Source: Heptranchias perlo
Taxonomy: Eukaryota
DNA length: 64,000 nucleotides
Reading direction: 5' to 3'
Assembly: GCF_035084215.1 (NCBI RefSeq)
Contig: NC_090330.1
Location: 104,408,001 to 104,472,000, forward strand
Position 1 is the first letter of the stretch, and each line of letters opens with the position of its first letter. Below, piece by piece: positions 1-12,868 of the stretch. Under the pieces are notes generated by a model that was given only the letters and a program-made list of their open reading frames with translations, searched no databases and was not told the DNA's origin. Position numbers and translations under genes: made by a program.

Positions 1-459
1 TGCTGTCCTTTGAGATCGTTCAGAGCTTCCTGCATGGTATGTAAGAGACTCTGAGGAAGGGCTGCTTAGCACCTGTGCCATAAGAGGGAGTCAATGGCAT
101 TGGAGTGGAGAAAGGTCCAAAGCACAGATGCAGTTTTCCACCTGAACACCTTGACTGCAGCTATTGAGACCTTGCGCTCCAATTTACAGTAGGTGCTATC
201 TTCTAGTTTGGAAAAGCTGGAGGATTGGCTTGAGAGATCCTTAACGCTGGGCTTCACAATCTTAATTGATGGCCAGATCTGAAAGGGACATCTCGCAGCC
301 GGGGGATAGCAGGAGGAGACATGGATGAAGATCCTTCTTCTCAGGGTGATACCACATGCGGCCAACTGAACTGACCCCCCTCAGATGACTAATAAAGTGA
401 CAGTTGGTGGACAGCAGAAGCCAGTCCTCACAAGGTTTGAAGTAGTGGCAGTTGTTGCT

Positions 460-625
460 GCACCATCTCAGCCCCAGGACTTTGCTGCAGGAGTTCCTCA
501 GAGCAGTGTCCTAGGCCCAACCATCTTCAGCTGCTTCATCAACGACCTTCCCTCCATCATTAGGTCAGAAATGGGGAAGTTCGCTGATGATTGCACAGTG
601 TTCAGTTCCATTCACAACGCCTCAG
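460..625 (+). mobile_element. LINE reverse-transcriptase fragment (CR1 clade)
   Basis: ORF 385..681 contains GVPQSSVLGPTIFSCFINDL...KFADD, the RT core motifs. Confidence 0.8.
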
Positions 626-740
626 TCCGAATATCTCTTTATGTGGCTCGGTGTCAAATTTGTCTGATAACGCTCTTGTGAAGCTCCTTGGGACGTTTTA
701 CTATGTTAAAGGCGCTATATAAATGCAATGTGTTGTTGTT
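626..740 (+). mobile_element. L2-type LINE 3' tail
   Basis: TGTGAAGC..CTTGGGACGTTTTACTATGTTAAAGGCGCTATATAAATGCAA+(GTT)n; the same tail ends the L2 copy at 45046-47290. Confidence 0.8.
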
Positions 741-1089
741 GGATCCAGTCATTAACAGGAGTAAATGAGTGTGAGGGTGAATTCGAACATTTCAATAGGA
801 ATGCACCTTTGCTACCAATAACATCAGAAGAAACCAGCTACCATCAACCATGAAAATCAGCGTCCTCCATTTCTATTGATGAGATTTTATACTTTAATCT
901 GGTGCACCTCTCATATATAGTGCAGACCTAAAGGGCAATGATTAATCATCTCTATATCCTCCTTCACTGGCTTCAGTGTAAGCTCAGGCACAAATTTCAG
1001 ACTATAACCACCAATTGGTACCATGGCACCGTGTCAGTCTTTCACCAACTGTGCAAAATTGAATATTTAGATACAATTTAAGAAACAAT

Positions 1090-1751
1090 GGCCCAGATAT
1101 TGGATCCCATTTCTCCTGTTTTTCAGACATAAAACGAGGTCAAAAATGGCCAATTTTGCAAGGCTATGTCCCGCGCCCTAAGGACGGCTGAAATACGTCC
1201 GCCAATATATCAGTCTTGACCATATTCCAGCATTTCGGGCGGCTGCTTTACAAAGGCATTTGGCCCCTTCATACGCTAATGAGGAGCTTAATGTCTGTTT
1301 AAAGACCCCCCTCTGCAAAATTGGTCAACGCTGAGCGGAGCAGATTTTCCAGCGATTACATCGGCCTAACCAGCGGCTGCCAACTAAAAGGTAAGGTTTT
1401 AATTTTTATTTTACCTTCAAGTGGAGCGAGGAGGAGCAAGCATTCTCCTCCCAGCTCCACAGCACTCCTGAGGACCAATGCTGGCCCGCAGTTGCCCACT
1501 CCCGCACTCCTTCCCCTCCCTCCCACAACCTGCCTGAGGGCCACTGCCAGTGAGGCAGCAGGGCCAAATTGGTCTTGATCAAACTGGCGAGCTGCCTCTG
1601 GACATCCGATGGGCATCCGCAGGTCACTGGAAATATGCCGATGAGGTCCAAGACCCAATATCGGATGAGCCTTGAGCCTCCTGCTTCTAGCGCACGCTCC
1701 CTGCACGCCATCAATACTGTGCCTGAAAACAGGCCTAAACAAATTTTAACC
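1090..1751. mobile_element. GC-rich non-autonomous DNA transposon (Harbinger-type MITE)
   Basis: AAT on both flanks, degenerate termini (GGCCCAGATATT / AAATTTTAACC); internal similarity to 55470-56073. Confidence 0.55.
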
Positions 1752-2639
1752 AATGTTCTCGGATAACCATTTTACTTTTGTAGAGAAGAGGGTTGGGAAC
1801 ATCGGACCAAAGGATCATAGCAACAAGAGGAGGCCATTCAGCCCCTCGAGCCTGTTCCGCTTCAATTAGATCATGGCTCATCTGTATCTTAACTTAATTT
1901 ACCCACCTTGGTTCCATAACCCTTAATACCCTTGCCTATCAAAAATCTATCAATCTCAGTTTTGAAATTTTCAATTGACCCCCAGCCTGAACAGCTTTTT
2001 GGGGGAGAGAGTTCCAGATTTCCACTAACCTTTGTGTAAAGAAATGCTTCCTGACATCACCCCTGAATGGCCTAGCTCTAATTTTGAGGTTATCTACCCT
2101 ATCAACTCCTTTAATCATCTTGAACACTGCAATTAATGGAAAAAAAGGGGTAGTGGCAGCATGGATACGAAGTTGGCTAAGTTACAGGAAACAGAGCGTA
2201 GTGGTGAACGGTTGTTTTTCAGACTGGAGGAAGGTATACAGTGGTGTTCCCCAGGGGTCGGTACTAGGACCACTATTTTTCTGATATATATTTATGACTT
2301 AGGTTTGGGTGTACAGGGCACAATTTCAAAATTTGCAGATAACACAAAACTTGGAAGTGTAGTAAACAGTGAGGAGGATAGTAATAGACTTCAAGAGGAC
2401 ACAGACTGGTTGGTAGAATGGGCGGACACATGGCAGATGACGTTTAATGCAGAGAAGTGCGAAATGATACATTTTGGCAGAAAGAACGAGGAGAGGAAAT
2501 ATAAACTAAATGGTACAATTCTAAAGGGGGTGCAGGAACAGGGAGACCTGGGGGTATATTTGCACAAATCTTTGAAGGTGGCCGGACAGGTTGAGAAATC
2601 GGTTAAAAAGCTTATGAGATCCTGGGCTTTATGAATAGT

Positions 2640-2851
2640 CATGATGTGGAGATGCCGGTGATGGACTGGGGTTGACAATTGTAAACAATTTTACAACACC
2701 AAGTTATAGTCCAGCAATTTTATTTTAAATTCACAAGCTTTCGGAGGCTTCCTCCTTCCTCAGGTAAATGTTCCTCCTTCCTCAGGTAAGCTTGTGAATT
2801 TAAAATAAAATTGCTGGACTATAACTTGGTGTTGTAAAATTGTTTACAATT
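2640..2851 (-). mobile_element. Penelope-like element terminal fragment in inverted (fold-back) arrangement, inserted into CR1
   Basis: Perfect 64-bp inverted arms 2677-2740 / 2788-2851; flanking near-duplication TTTATGAATAGT / TTTATAAATAGT; contains a hammerhead core. Confidence 0.75.
2729..2769 (-). ncRNA. Minimal type I hammerhead ribozyme motif (PLE-type)
   Basis: Minus strand reads AUUUAC-CUGAGGA-A-GGAGG(AAG)CCUCC-GAAA-GCUU-GUGAAU: CUGANGA and GAAA cores, stem I AUUUAC/GUGAAU, stem II, palindromic AGCU stem III. Confidence 0.75.
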
Positions 2852-4688
2852 TATAAATAGTGGCATAGAGAACAAAAGCAAAGCAGTTATGATGAACCTT
2901 TATAAAACACTGGTTCGGCCACAACTGGAGTATTATATCCAATTCTGGGCACTGCACTTTAGGAAGGATGTGAAGTGCCTTGGAGAGGGTGCAGAAAAGA
3001 TTTTCTACAATTGTTCCGGTGGATAGACTGGAGAAGCTGGGATTGTTCTTCTTAGAGCAGAGAAGGTTAAATGGAGATTTGATTAGAAGTGTTCAAAATC
3101 ATGAAGGGTTTAGATAAAGTAAATAAAGAGAAACTGTTCCCATTGGCGGAAGGGTTGAGAACCAGAGGACACAGGTTTAAGGTGATTGGCAAAAGAACCA
3201 ATGGGTGACATGAGGAAAAACTTTTTTACGCAGCAAGTAGTTATGATCTAGGATGCGCTGCCTGAAAGGGTGGTGGAGGTAGATTCAATCGTGGCTTTCA
3301 AAAAGGAATTGGACAAATACTTGAAGGGAAAAATTTTCAGGGCTACGGGGAAAGAGCAGGGGAATGGGGCTAACTGGATTGCTCTTACAAAGAGCAGTCA
3401 TGGGCTCAATGGGCCAAATGGCCTCCTTCTGTGCTGTAACCATTCTATGATTCTATGATTAGATCAGCCCTTAATCTTTTGTACACAAGGGAATACAAGG
3501 CTAATCTATGCAACCAGTCCTCATAATTTAACCCTTTTCCATTCTGGGAATACAGAATGTGCTGTTTTTAAGAGATGAAACTATAAATTATTATTTTTGA
3601 TATTAGTGTACAAATACAAATAAATTACTATTCTTGATATTAGTGTACAAATACTTAATGTATTCCCATAACATTCCTTTCTCTGCTAACTTAATGGAAG
3701 TATTAACCCAATTAAAACAGCGGGTAACACCTCTATAAAGATAGTGGACAAAGCAATGTTATACCCATTAGGATACTAATATTGGAAACAATAATTTTAA
3801 AGCTATAGATTTCTATTTTTGGATTGTCAATGACTTACTATCAACAGGAAATTGGCATTTTAAGGGATAAGGATGCTTTCAGCTCAGTTAGTGCCACTCC
3901 ACATATCCTGCTATGTGTTTATCAGTGCGGTAAATTTATTGCCAGTGAGCTAAAAACAACAATTTGGCTAATTATTAGGAGATAGATTACATTAACTCTA
4001 GTTGGTCTGCTTTCCACTATTTCAAGCCACCTCATGCCATCAGCATTATCAGTCACAATACACCTGGATAATATTTTCGCCAGCAGACTAATGATTTTTT
4101 TTCACTTCTGGATAGAATGTGCAATATATAATTATTAGTTAAGCATTATAATTCACCGTGGAGCAATTATTAAAAATTGCTTCATGCTCCAATATCATAA
4201 CCACATTGCTGTGAACGAACACTTGCGAAGACAAACAAGTTTGCAGCTGTGATATCTTGTTGGAGAAAGCAATGTCCATCTTTCGAAAAGCAAAGGCCAA
4301 GATCCCTTCTAAATTGATATCTTAATGAAAGCAAGACTTAAGCGAAGCACATGTGACGGAACATTCCAGAAGCTGTAAGAGCTGCACAGTGGAGGGCAGT
4401 GAGTTACCGTACTGCAGGTTTTTAATCTATATATGAAATCTGAACGGACAAGTGACATGGAAGTGAACAAAAAATGGCAGTGGAAAGGAATTGGTAAAAA
4501 GAAACCATTTAGTCAAAATAACCAAATGAAACCTAGCAAATAAGTAAACAATTCTAGTATTTCTGATTATATAAATGTAAAGGGACAGCAGCACTCCTGC
4601 AATGCTTTTCTAACTTAAAACAAATGTAAAACATCAGCAATAAATAACACATATTCCATGAAATAAAGCAATAGTTCCGCATAAAAAG

Positions 4689-5052
4689 TTAAATCATGAA
4701 GGGTCTAGACAGAGTAGATAGAGAGCAACTGTTCCCATTGGCGGAAGGGTCAAGAACCAGAGGGCATAGATTTAAGGTGATTGGCAAAAGAATCAAAGGT
4801 GACATGAGGAAAAACTTTTTTACACAGCGAGTGGTTAGGATCTGGAAAGCACTGTCTGAGGGAGTGTTGGAGGCAGATTCAATCATGGCCTTCAAAAGGG
4901 AACTGGGTAAGTACTTGAAAGGAAAAAATGTGCAGGGCAATGGGGATAGGCGGGGGAGTGGGACTAGCTGGATTGCTCTTGCATAGAGCTGGCATGGACT
5001 CGATGGGCCAAATGGCCTCCTTCCGTGCTGTAACCTTTCTATGATTCTATGA
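4689..5052 (+). mobile_element. CR1 LINE 3' end
   Basis: ORF 4696..4986 TRGHRFK...RKNFFTQRVVRIW; TTCTATGATTCTATG tail. Confidence 0.9.
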
Positions 5053-5149
5053 TAAAAAATTTGGAAGAACTGAATATATCTCTCTAAAGTCATCAAAACG
5101 GGTTCAGGAGATCACAGTGACCATGGGGTACATACCCAACATCCCACCT

Positions 5150-5515
5150 ACCTTTTGTACGCACTGTTATTAGCCACAGCAAGGAACTTGTTCAGCAACT
5201 TTTTAAACTGTTACAGTCAATCCAAACTCACCACACAAGCCGGCAACTTGATCCAAGCGTCGATATCCCTCTGCGTAAAGAAAACCTCCCGACATCTATC
5301 TAGTTCTATGCTAACAAAGTTCATATGCGTAATCTCTCACTTTCCCTAAGCTATCTAGTGCAAATAGTCTGTACCACATAGACGCAGTCATGTTCCATCT
5401 TCATATTAAGTATTTAAATCACCCTGAACTCTACGCTTTTCGAGAGTAAAAAGACCCAGCTCTCCAAGTCTATTATGTTAATTAAGGGCTTTTAAACTAG
5501 GGATCATTTTAGTGA
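5150..5515 (-). mobile_element. Old degraded CR1 fragment
   Basis: Reverse strand resembles the CR1 LFSLEKRR...FFTQR region. Confidence 0.45.
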
Positions 5516-5554
5516 CCCCCCCCCACAAACTCCGGCAGGGGTCAGTGCTGGAGG

Positions 5555-5890
5555 GTGCCCCTCCCTATCACTGTACCCTCCTCCAGCCTTACAACCCTCT
5601 GAGATCTCTGCGTTCCTCCAATTCTGGCCTCTTGAGCTTCCCTGATTTTCATCGCTCCACCATTGGCGGCCGTGCCTTCAGCTGTCTTGGCCCTAAGCTC
5701 TGAAACTCCCTCCCTAAACCTCTCCGCCTCTCCACCTCTCTCTCTTCCTTTAAGACTCTCCTTAAAACCCACCTCTTTGACCAAGCTTTGGTCACCTGTC
5801 CTAATATCTCCTTATGTGGCTCGGTGCTCCTGTGAAGCAGTGGGACGTTTTACTACGTTAAAGGCATCGTATAAATGCAAGTTGTTATTG
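5555..5890 (+). mobile_element. L2 LINE 3' end
   Basis: LLQPYNPLRSLRSSNSGLL...GGRAFS motif plus L2 tail. Confidence 0.85.
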
Positions 5891-7109
5891 TACAGGTGGG
5901 CACGATCCTGATCCAACGGTCAGAATTCCTAACCAAGGAATTCTGAGGCCGCTGTTACCAAAAAATTCCTAGCTAATGCTAAGATATTAAGAAGCTAACA
6001 ATTGAGTTATCGTTTTGCTTATGATGGTTTTAAATTCTGTTAAGAATCAATATACCTTTATTGTAATTGCTGATAATTAACATTACAATAGCAGTGAATA
6101 TATCTTGTAATTGTAGTAAAATAAAATAGTGTCAGCAATAGATCTCTACACCCACTTTGGTTTTTGATGTATTTGGCAACGAAGAATTAAGTTTCATTTC
6201 ACTCACTTTTAGACTGTAGTCCTATTGTTCAGTGATCTAGTTTGTCAATGATTGATAGTTTTCAGACTGGGTAATGGTACAGTTCAAAGTGACCCAGTAT
6301 ATGTATAATACTCGAGACATAAATGGGAGATCTCAATCTAATTTGCAGATGTGGGCATAATGGTTGAAGTAAAGAAGATTTATCTGATACTGTTGTGCCA
6401 ATATTGGCTGTACACTGGGATTTTTTACACTGGGAGTGTTGTGTGGGATTTAAAGTTCATTTGTAATACAATCCTTTAATTAGTACTAGCACCAGATTAG
6501 GTGACAAATCAGACGCTGGTGGCAAGTCATGGAACAGTAGATTTGTGAAATAAAGGAAAAAAATATATATGTGCAAGTTAAGAGGAACAAACTAGAGAAA
6601 ATAATGAAGAAAAAGCTCAAAATCCCTAAAAGCCCAAACTTCTGGGCAAATCACTTGAAAAATAACACACGGAATTAAAGTCAAGACTGCTCTCTTCATT
6701 CCTTTTAAAATGATCCATTTTTTCAGTGTTCATTTTCTTTAAATACACTGTTGAAATGTAACGTCAATAGACCAGTAAATAACTGCAATCATATTTAGCC
6801 AAAGCAATTTACTTGACATAAAAATGAATGACAAGGTCGCAATCAGAGAGGGTGTAGAATTTCATGGTCTTCTATGAAAAGAACCCAAAGGGTTTCTCTA
6901 TTATGTAACCATGGTGCAGTCTAAGCATTGGTGTAATGACTGGAGCAGAACCCCATTGGTTTATACCGTTAAGCTTCTGTGCAACAAAGTGTGTACTTAA
7001 TAACCGCTATTTCTGACTGTCAGATCGTTAAAACAGAAATACCATATAGTTTATTTTATTATAATACACATATATAAATAGAATATACAAAATGAAAGGG
7101 CAATTCTAA

Positions 7110-7585
7110 ATTTACACAGAATTTACAGCACAGAAACAGGCCATTCGGCCCAACTGGACTGTACCGGTGTGTATGCTCCATTCAAGCCTCCTCCCAGCCT
7201 ACTTCATCTCACCTTAACAGCATATCCTTCTCTTCCTTCCTCTGTCATGTACTTATCTAGCTTCCCCTTAAATGCATCTATGCTACTCGCCTCAACTACT
7301 CCATGTGGTAACAAGGTCCACATTCTCATCACTCTCTGGGTAAAGAAGTTTCTCCTGAATTCCTTATTGAATTTACTAATGACTATCTTATATTTACGAC
7401 CCCTAGTTTTGAACTCTCCCACAAGTGGAAACACCTTCTCTACGTCGACCCTATCGAACTCCTTCGTAATTTTAAAGATCTTTATCAGGTCACCCCTCAG
7501 CCTTCCCTTTTCTAGAGAAATGATCCCCAGTCTGTTCAGTACTTCCTGATAGTTTTAACCTCTCAGTTCTGATATCGTTCTTGTT
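7110..7585 (-). mobile_element. CR1 LINE 3' end
   Basis: ORF 7204..7434 FRRNFFTQRVMRMW. Confidence 0.9.
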
Positions 7586-7843
7586 AAGAGCAGAGGGTTG
7601 TAGTATGATTATGCATAACTAACAATCTACGTCAGTACTTCAGTAAAATGTCTGCAAATTCAATAATAATATTTATTAAAACTGGATAGTACAGAAGGAT
7701 AGTACTCTGTCCTTTCACATCCAGTATGAAAGTCTCCTCTCTCTGCTGCCTGTGTGTGAAATCATCCCAGTTCCTTGTAGGGGTGAGTCAACAATATAAA
7801 ACTACATACAATACCACATCAATTGGCATACACAAGAAATCAA

Positions 7844-8569
7844 GGGCATGATTTTAGCTCAGAGCGGGAACCCAGCGCGTGGGTAGATATCATGTAGGTA
7901 ACCCGTAAATCAAGTGAGAGCATCGCAATCTACGATCGCAACTCAAATGAAGGTAAGTATTTGAGCTTCAGCATTTCCCACCCGCCAGGCAGCCAGATTG
8001 ACAGGCTGGCCGCCTATCGGAAGGGAAAGGAACCGCGAATCGGAGAGGGGGGACGGAGAGAGAGATCGTGGAAGAAATCGGAGGACAGAGGGTGGGAGGA
8101 AGTGGACGGCATCAGGTGGGCCTTGGAGGAGGTCAGGGAGTCTATCATCTGAGGGGTGTCCACCATCACGGGGGGGGGTCCACCATCCGGGGATGGGGGG
8201 GGAGGGGGGCGGCCAATTGCACCAGGTGAGCTTTTTTGGGCCTGGATGAAGCACTCCTGCTCCTCTGGGCCCAACCTGCTTTCACCTGACGTGAATTGGA
8301 AGCAATGGGAAATCCAAAGAGGTAAGGTTAAATTTGTTTGACATTTCTAATCCACAAAAAATTGAGTGGCTCAACTATCGCAATGAGATACATTGCCCGT
8401 TTCAGTATCGGCCCGCTGGCTTTAAGTGGGAATGGAGTTCCAAACGCGCCTGGGTTATACCCGGAAGTGGGCGCATTGGGGCCAGGATGCAGTCCCGCTC
8501 CAAAAATCAACTATTTTTACTGCCTACCTGCCCCCAACCCATCCGTTCTTGTTGGATAAAATTACACCC
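7844..8569. mobile_element. Harbinger-type MITE
   Basis: Termini GGGCATGATTTT / AAAATTACACCC, 3-bp TSD CAA/CAA; right end resembles that of 27489-27731. Confidence 0.75.
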
Positions 8570-8816
8570 CAAATGTCACATAGGTGCAATGAGAAGGAAT
8601 GTTCTTCTGAAGGGAGCTGAGGCATATAATTGGGGGAACTTTGTTCTGAATTGTATTCTTTGATGCTGAGAGTGAAAAAATGTTCCTTTTCTCAGCACTG
8701 ACATTCTTCAACATGGTAAAAACAGGTATTCAACAAAATTATAATAATTTTTAAAAGGAGGGACAAAAACAGAATATGATGATTCTTAATGAAGTAACAT
8801 ACAACAGATCTTCTTA

Positions 8817-9342
8817 TAGAATCATTGGATTATACAGCCCAGAAGGAGGCCATTCGGCCCATCGTGCTTGTGCCAGCTCTTTGAAAGAGCTATCCAATGC
8901 GTCCCATTCCCCTGCTCTTTCCCCATAGCCCTGCAATTTTTTTCTTTTTCAAGTATTTATCCAATTCCCTTTTGAAAGTTACAACTGAATCTGCTTCCAT
9001 CACCCTTTCAGGCAGTGCATTCCAGATCATTACAACTCACTGCGTAAAAAAAATTCTCCACATTTCCCCTCTAATTCTTTTGTTAATTATCTTAAATCTG
9101 TGTCCTCTGGTCACCGACCCTCCTGCCAGGGGAAACAGTATCTCCTTATTTACTCTATCAATTTTGAACACCTCTATTAAATCTTTCCTTAACCTTCTCT
9201 GTTCTAAAGAGAACAATTCATTCTTTAATCTCTCCACATAACTGAAGTCCTTCATCCCTGGTATCATCCTCTGCACCTTCTCCAAAGCCATGACATCCTT
9301 CCTAAAGTGCAGTGCCCAGAACTGGACACAATACTCCAGCTA
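8817..9342 (-). mobile_element. CR1 LINE 3' end
   Basis: ORF 9037..9291 ALEKVQR...TRGHRFK. Confidence 0.9.
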
Positions 9343-11735
9343 TTGAGTTCTTATACCTCTTCTGTAGCTGTTACAATGTACGAGCACTCATTTGCGATCA
9401 CCATATGCCAATAGCATAGAGCGCACTGACAATGGTCGGACCTGTTACCATTTACCATTGACACACAAAAAAAAACCTGTCTGCTGGGCCTGTCCTCAGG
9501 GATGCAAGATCTGCCTGAGATGCACAAACCAGCACAATACTCACTGGCAGCAACAAAAAGGTGTAGCCCGTGACTATGACAAAACTCTACTCTTTCTACC
9601 ACAAACGTGGATTAAGCATCTGTGGGACAGATATCAGTCAGAGTGCCTGATGTATGGACCTCGCTTAGAACTGGGAAAATATCAAGCAGTCTGGGCCCCA
9701 CTTCCTGGGCACCTATACAACAGGTCTCCTCACACAAATGCCACAGATCAAACACACCCTGCAGAGGGACAGGCTAGTTGATGTGAGACATACAGCGACC
9801 GGAAATCTGTGGGTCCGACATCCTGCAGGAAGTGCCGGCATATGCCCGCTGGGAACCTCTACCAGTCCAAGGCCGAGGAAACTCCTGGTGTAAGAGTTCA
9901 CTCTGCCCCCCCCCACCCCGTCCCAGTAATGCACCCTCTGATGCAGATAAACTTGTGTGGACCGAGCAGAGGCTTCGTCCCAAACAAGGCCCCATGCTTT
10001 CTGGCAGCGAAGATCAGGATCTGGTATATCCAGTTCTGGCCTACTTCTTGGGCCTTCCATTGCATTCCAGCCAGACATAAATTTAAAGAAAATATAACCA
10101 CAACATTACAGTAAACAAGATCAACAAAGACAACCACTTCCCAACCCCTCTCCCTCCCCACCCACAACCAGCTACTCCTGCACCTGCACCTGTCATGTTA
10201 CCTTCAGTTTAACTTCAGCCAAGTCCCCGTTTGATCCCCCGTTTAATCTTTTATTAATTTTATGGCTGCCACTTTAGCGATGAGTAAATTGGGTGGAAAG
10301 GCAAGCGCAGCAGAGAAAGCTCTCTGCACCGGTGCGTATCTGTTAATGCCGCTGTTAGTAGCGGTAGTTTCCGGAACATTCCACGCCTGCCGCACTGCAT
10401 GGTGGGACGGAGATCCCCATCACAAAGATGCCGGCCATGAAACTCTTGGGGAGGGGTAAGGCGCAGGAGCTTTGGGACACGCAGGCCTTGGTAGTGTGAC
10501 GACTCACGATCAGCCCACTCCTTTTCGGTCACTATAGCAACCTTATTTATTCGACCTTATTTGGTATCTCTAGGCAATAGTGTTATAAATGTCCTGGTCA
10601 CCCTGAGCAATGGCTACACCGGTCTTTTTAAATGCAGATTCCATTAACTGTAAACAAAGGGCTGTAATCTAATCTGCCTTCCGATGATGGTTAGAAGCCA
10701 CTTGCGACTTCTTGTCATGTTTTGTGCCATAGTCTGAACCTCTCAATTACATAACAACCTTGTATCTCACCCTCAGGTATCCATTATTCTCCCTTTTTAT
10801 ATCAATTCATTCTCCTAGATTTTCCAGGTATATATATCTTTGAATTATTCAGTCCACTAAACAGAAATTCCACCTAGAGTTCAAGCACATCAGGTCAGAT
10901 GTTGCAGTGAATTCCCAGTAAGTAATCTATTTATAACACTAAGCTATCCTCTCTAGGCAAGCTCAGCATTGTCTCCGCAAAACAACAATGTCAGAGTACA
11001 TGTCAGAGCCTGCCCAGCACACAGCACTTATTTGCATCATAATTGCCAAGCTATAACATCATATAATGTTAGTGAGTCACAGGTGCATTTAGGTTTATAA
11101 ACTGGGAAGGCATTCCTAAAAGAAATATTTTCACCATTTACAAAGGTCTCCACTGTTAAAATCTGTGAACGCACAGTTAAAAATCTACTTCACGATGAAA
11201 GAGCAAAACTCAGATGTGCATTAATATCAAAGGTATTAGTTGCGATGAGCTCACTAATGAGACCTAACAACAGCTTTATATGTAAGTACTAAGGGATAAA
11301 TTACTTACATAGTCTCAACTGTGTTTAGGATATAGTTTAATAATTAATGCACTGAAGCCCAGATTAACCCTTTTAACCCCTCTTCTCCCATCAGCCTCAG
11401 TTAACTCTGGGGCAATTATGTTTTCCTATTATGGCTCCCCCATGAGATACTAGATTACAAAAAATTATCCATCTATTAACTATCTCATTCTCACCACTTG
11501 CCTGAAGTGGAATATGATTTAAATGGAATTCTATCCCTGGAGGACTGTAAGCTCGATGGAAATCCTGCTTACTGTGCTGAATACTATCGCTCAATATGGG
11601 TTTTACTTTACTGCATAATTCCAATAGTAGTCTGTGATTGGGTGTTCAGGTGGGAATATGAATTAGCCCTAATACACCCCAAACGCACTCATTTTTTTTA
11701 GAACTCTTGCCAGCACAGACTTCTATTGGGTATTT

Positions 11736-12868
11736 AAAGAAAAGAAAGACTTGTATTTACGTAGTTCCTTATCAAGGGCTCAATTTTAAAAGGGTGGCGT
11801 GGTGACAGCGGCGAGGCGGGGGAGATGACTTGGGGGCTCCAAACCCGGAAGGGGAGTAGGCGGGTGTGATCACAACCCTAACAAGGCCAATTAAAGCCTC
11901 TTCCGGGTTTCGCGCCCAGCAGCCAGCCTGACTGACAGGCTGGCTGCCAACAGGAGCTGCACGTCCGAGGGGGGTGAGGGGACAAAGAGGGAGAGAGAGA
12001 GAGAGAGATCTCATCGGCTGTTGTGAGAGAGAGTGTTGGCGGGGGGATAGACATTGGACATCAGAAGGGGGGGGGAAGAGAGACATCGGTCATCGGAGCA
12101 AGAGGGTGCAGGTGCCATTGTTTGTAAGATATGTTTTTTTTACAATGGGAAATGTAATTTTATTTAATTTATTTAGTTTATTTTTCATCGATCTGGCCAG
12201 GCGTGAATCAGAAGCCATGGGAAAATATCCCAGGTAGGGTCAAAATCTTTTTAAGTGGCCAATATGCCAAAAATAAACTACATTAAGTACCTCAATGAGG
12301 AACATTTGCTTGCTTAAATATCGGACTTCCGGGTTCGGGAACGACGCACGCACCCAGATGACTCTGAGTCGTGCGTGTTCTTCAGCGGGTTGGAGCTGGG
12401 AATCCTGCCCACTCTGTGTTTCTCCGATTTTCTTTGACCCCCCACCCCCCGCTGCCCCCAACGCACCCGGACTTTGCTTTTAAAATTGACCCCCATGTCT
12501 CTCAGAAATCTTTCCGAGCGCTTCATATACACTGAATTATAGTGACTGTTGTTATGTGGGCAAGTGTAATAACACTATCCTTCAAATGGCAGTAGATAAA
12601 TGACTAGCAAACTTATTGGCCAGGAAGGCTTCCTGCTCTTTAAATGGTGCCTTGGGATCTTCAATGTCCACCTGAACCACTGGAGCAAGGAGATTGGGTC
12701 TCACTTTAACATATCATCAGTAGAACAACACCTTTGACAATACAACACTCCTCAGTACTGCACTGGAATGCCAGTCTAAAATATGCACTCCAGTCTTGGC
12801 ATGGGCCTTGAACAAACAATGTTTTGACTCCAGGCAAGAGTGCAACTAATTGATCCAAACTGATACTG
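11736..12868 (-). mobile_element. Old Deu-domain-like SINE interrupted by a MITE
   Basis: Tail AAGAAAGACTTGTATTTA at 11736; body and head at 12494-12868 similar to the full copy at 54196-54665. Confidence 0.6.
11776..12493. mobile_element. Harbinger-type MITE
   Basis: 17-bp TIR GGGCTCAATTTTAAAAG / CTTTTAAAATTGACCCC (16/17), TSD CAA/CAT. Confidence 0.8.

Larger units (their letters stand above)
2131..3460 (+). mobile_element. 5'-truncated CR1 LINE (RT C-terminal half plus 3' UTR)
   Basis: [11 protein letters not shown] and KFADNTKLG motifs, frameshifted; ends in an (ATTCTATG)n tail. Confidence 0.9.
1815..3540 (-). mobile_element. CR1 LINE 3' end, split by a second CR1 (2131-3460)
   Basis: ORF 1939..2127 [21 protein letters not shown]; the element resumes at about 3461 (AGATCAGCCCTTAATC...). 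Confidence 0.8.

Noticed and set aside
1-380. Coding-like sequence at the window start (possible Harbinger Myb-protein C-terminus)
   Set aside because: Stops in all + frames and no diagnostic motif; cannot be assigned
3590-3657. Small local duplication TTGATATTAGTGTACAAATAC
   Set aside because: Ordinary two-copy tandem duplication with no further structure
7943-8341. Clusters of overlapping GC-rich ORFs and CpG-island-like patches (also 11.8k, 13.3k, 30.4k, 55.8k, 63.4k)
   Set aside because: They lie inside MITEs or MITE fragments; ORFs arise from GC richness
11397-11701. Overlapping short ORFs that look protein-like (possible host exon)
   Set aside because: No recognisable homology and no convincing splice-site pair
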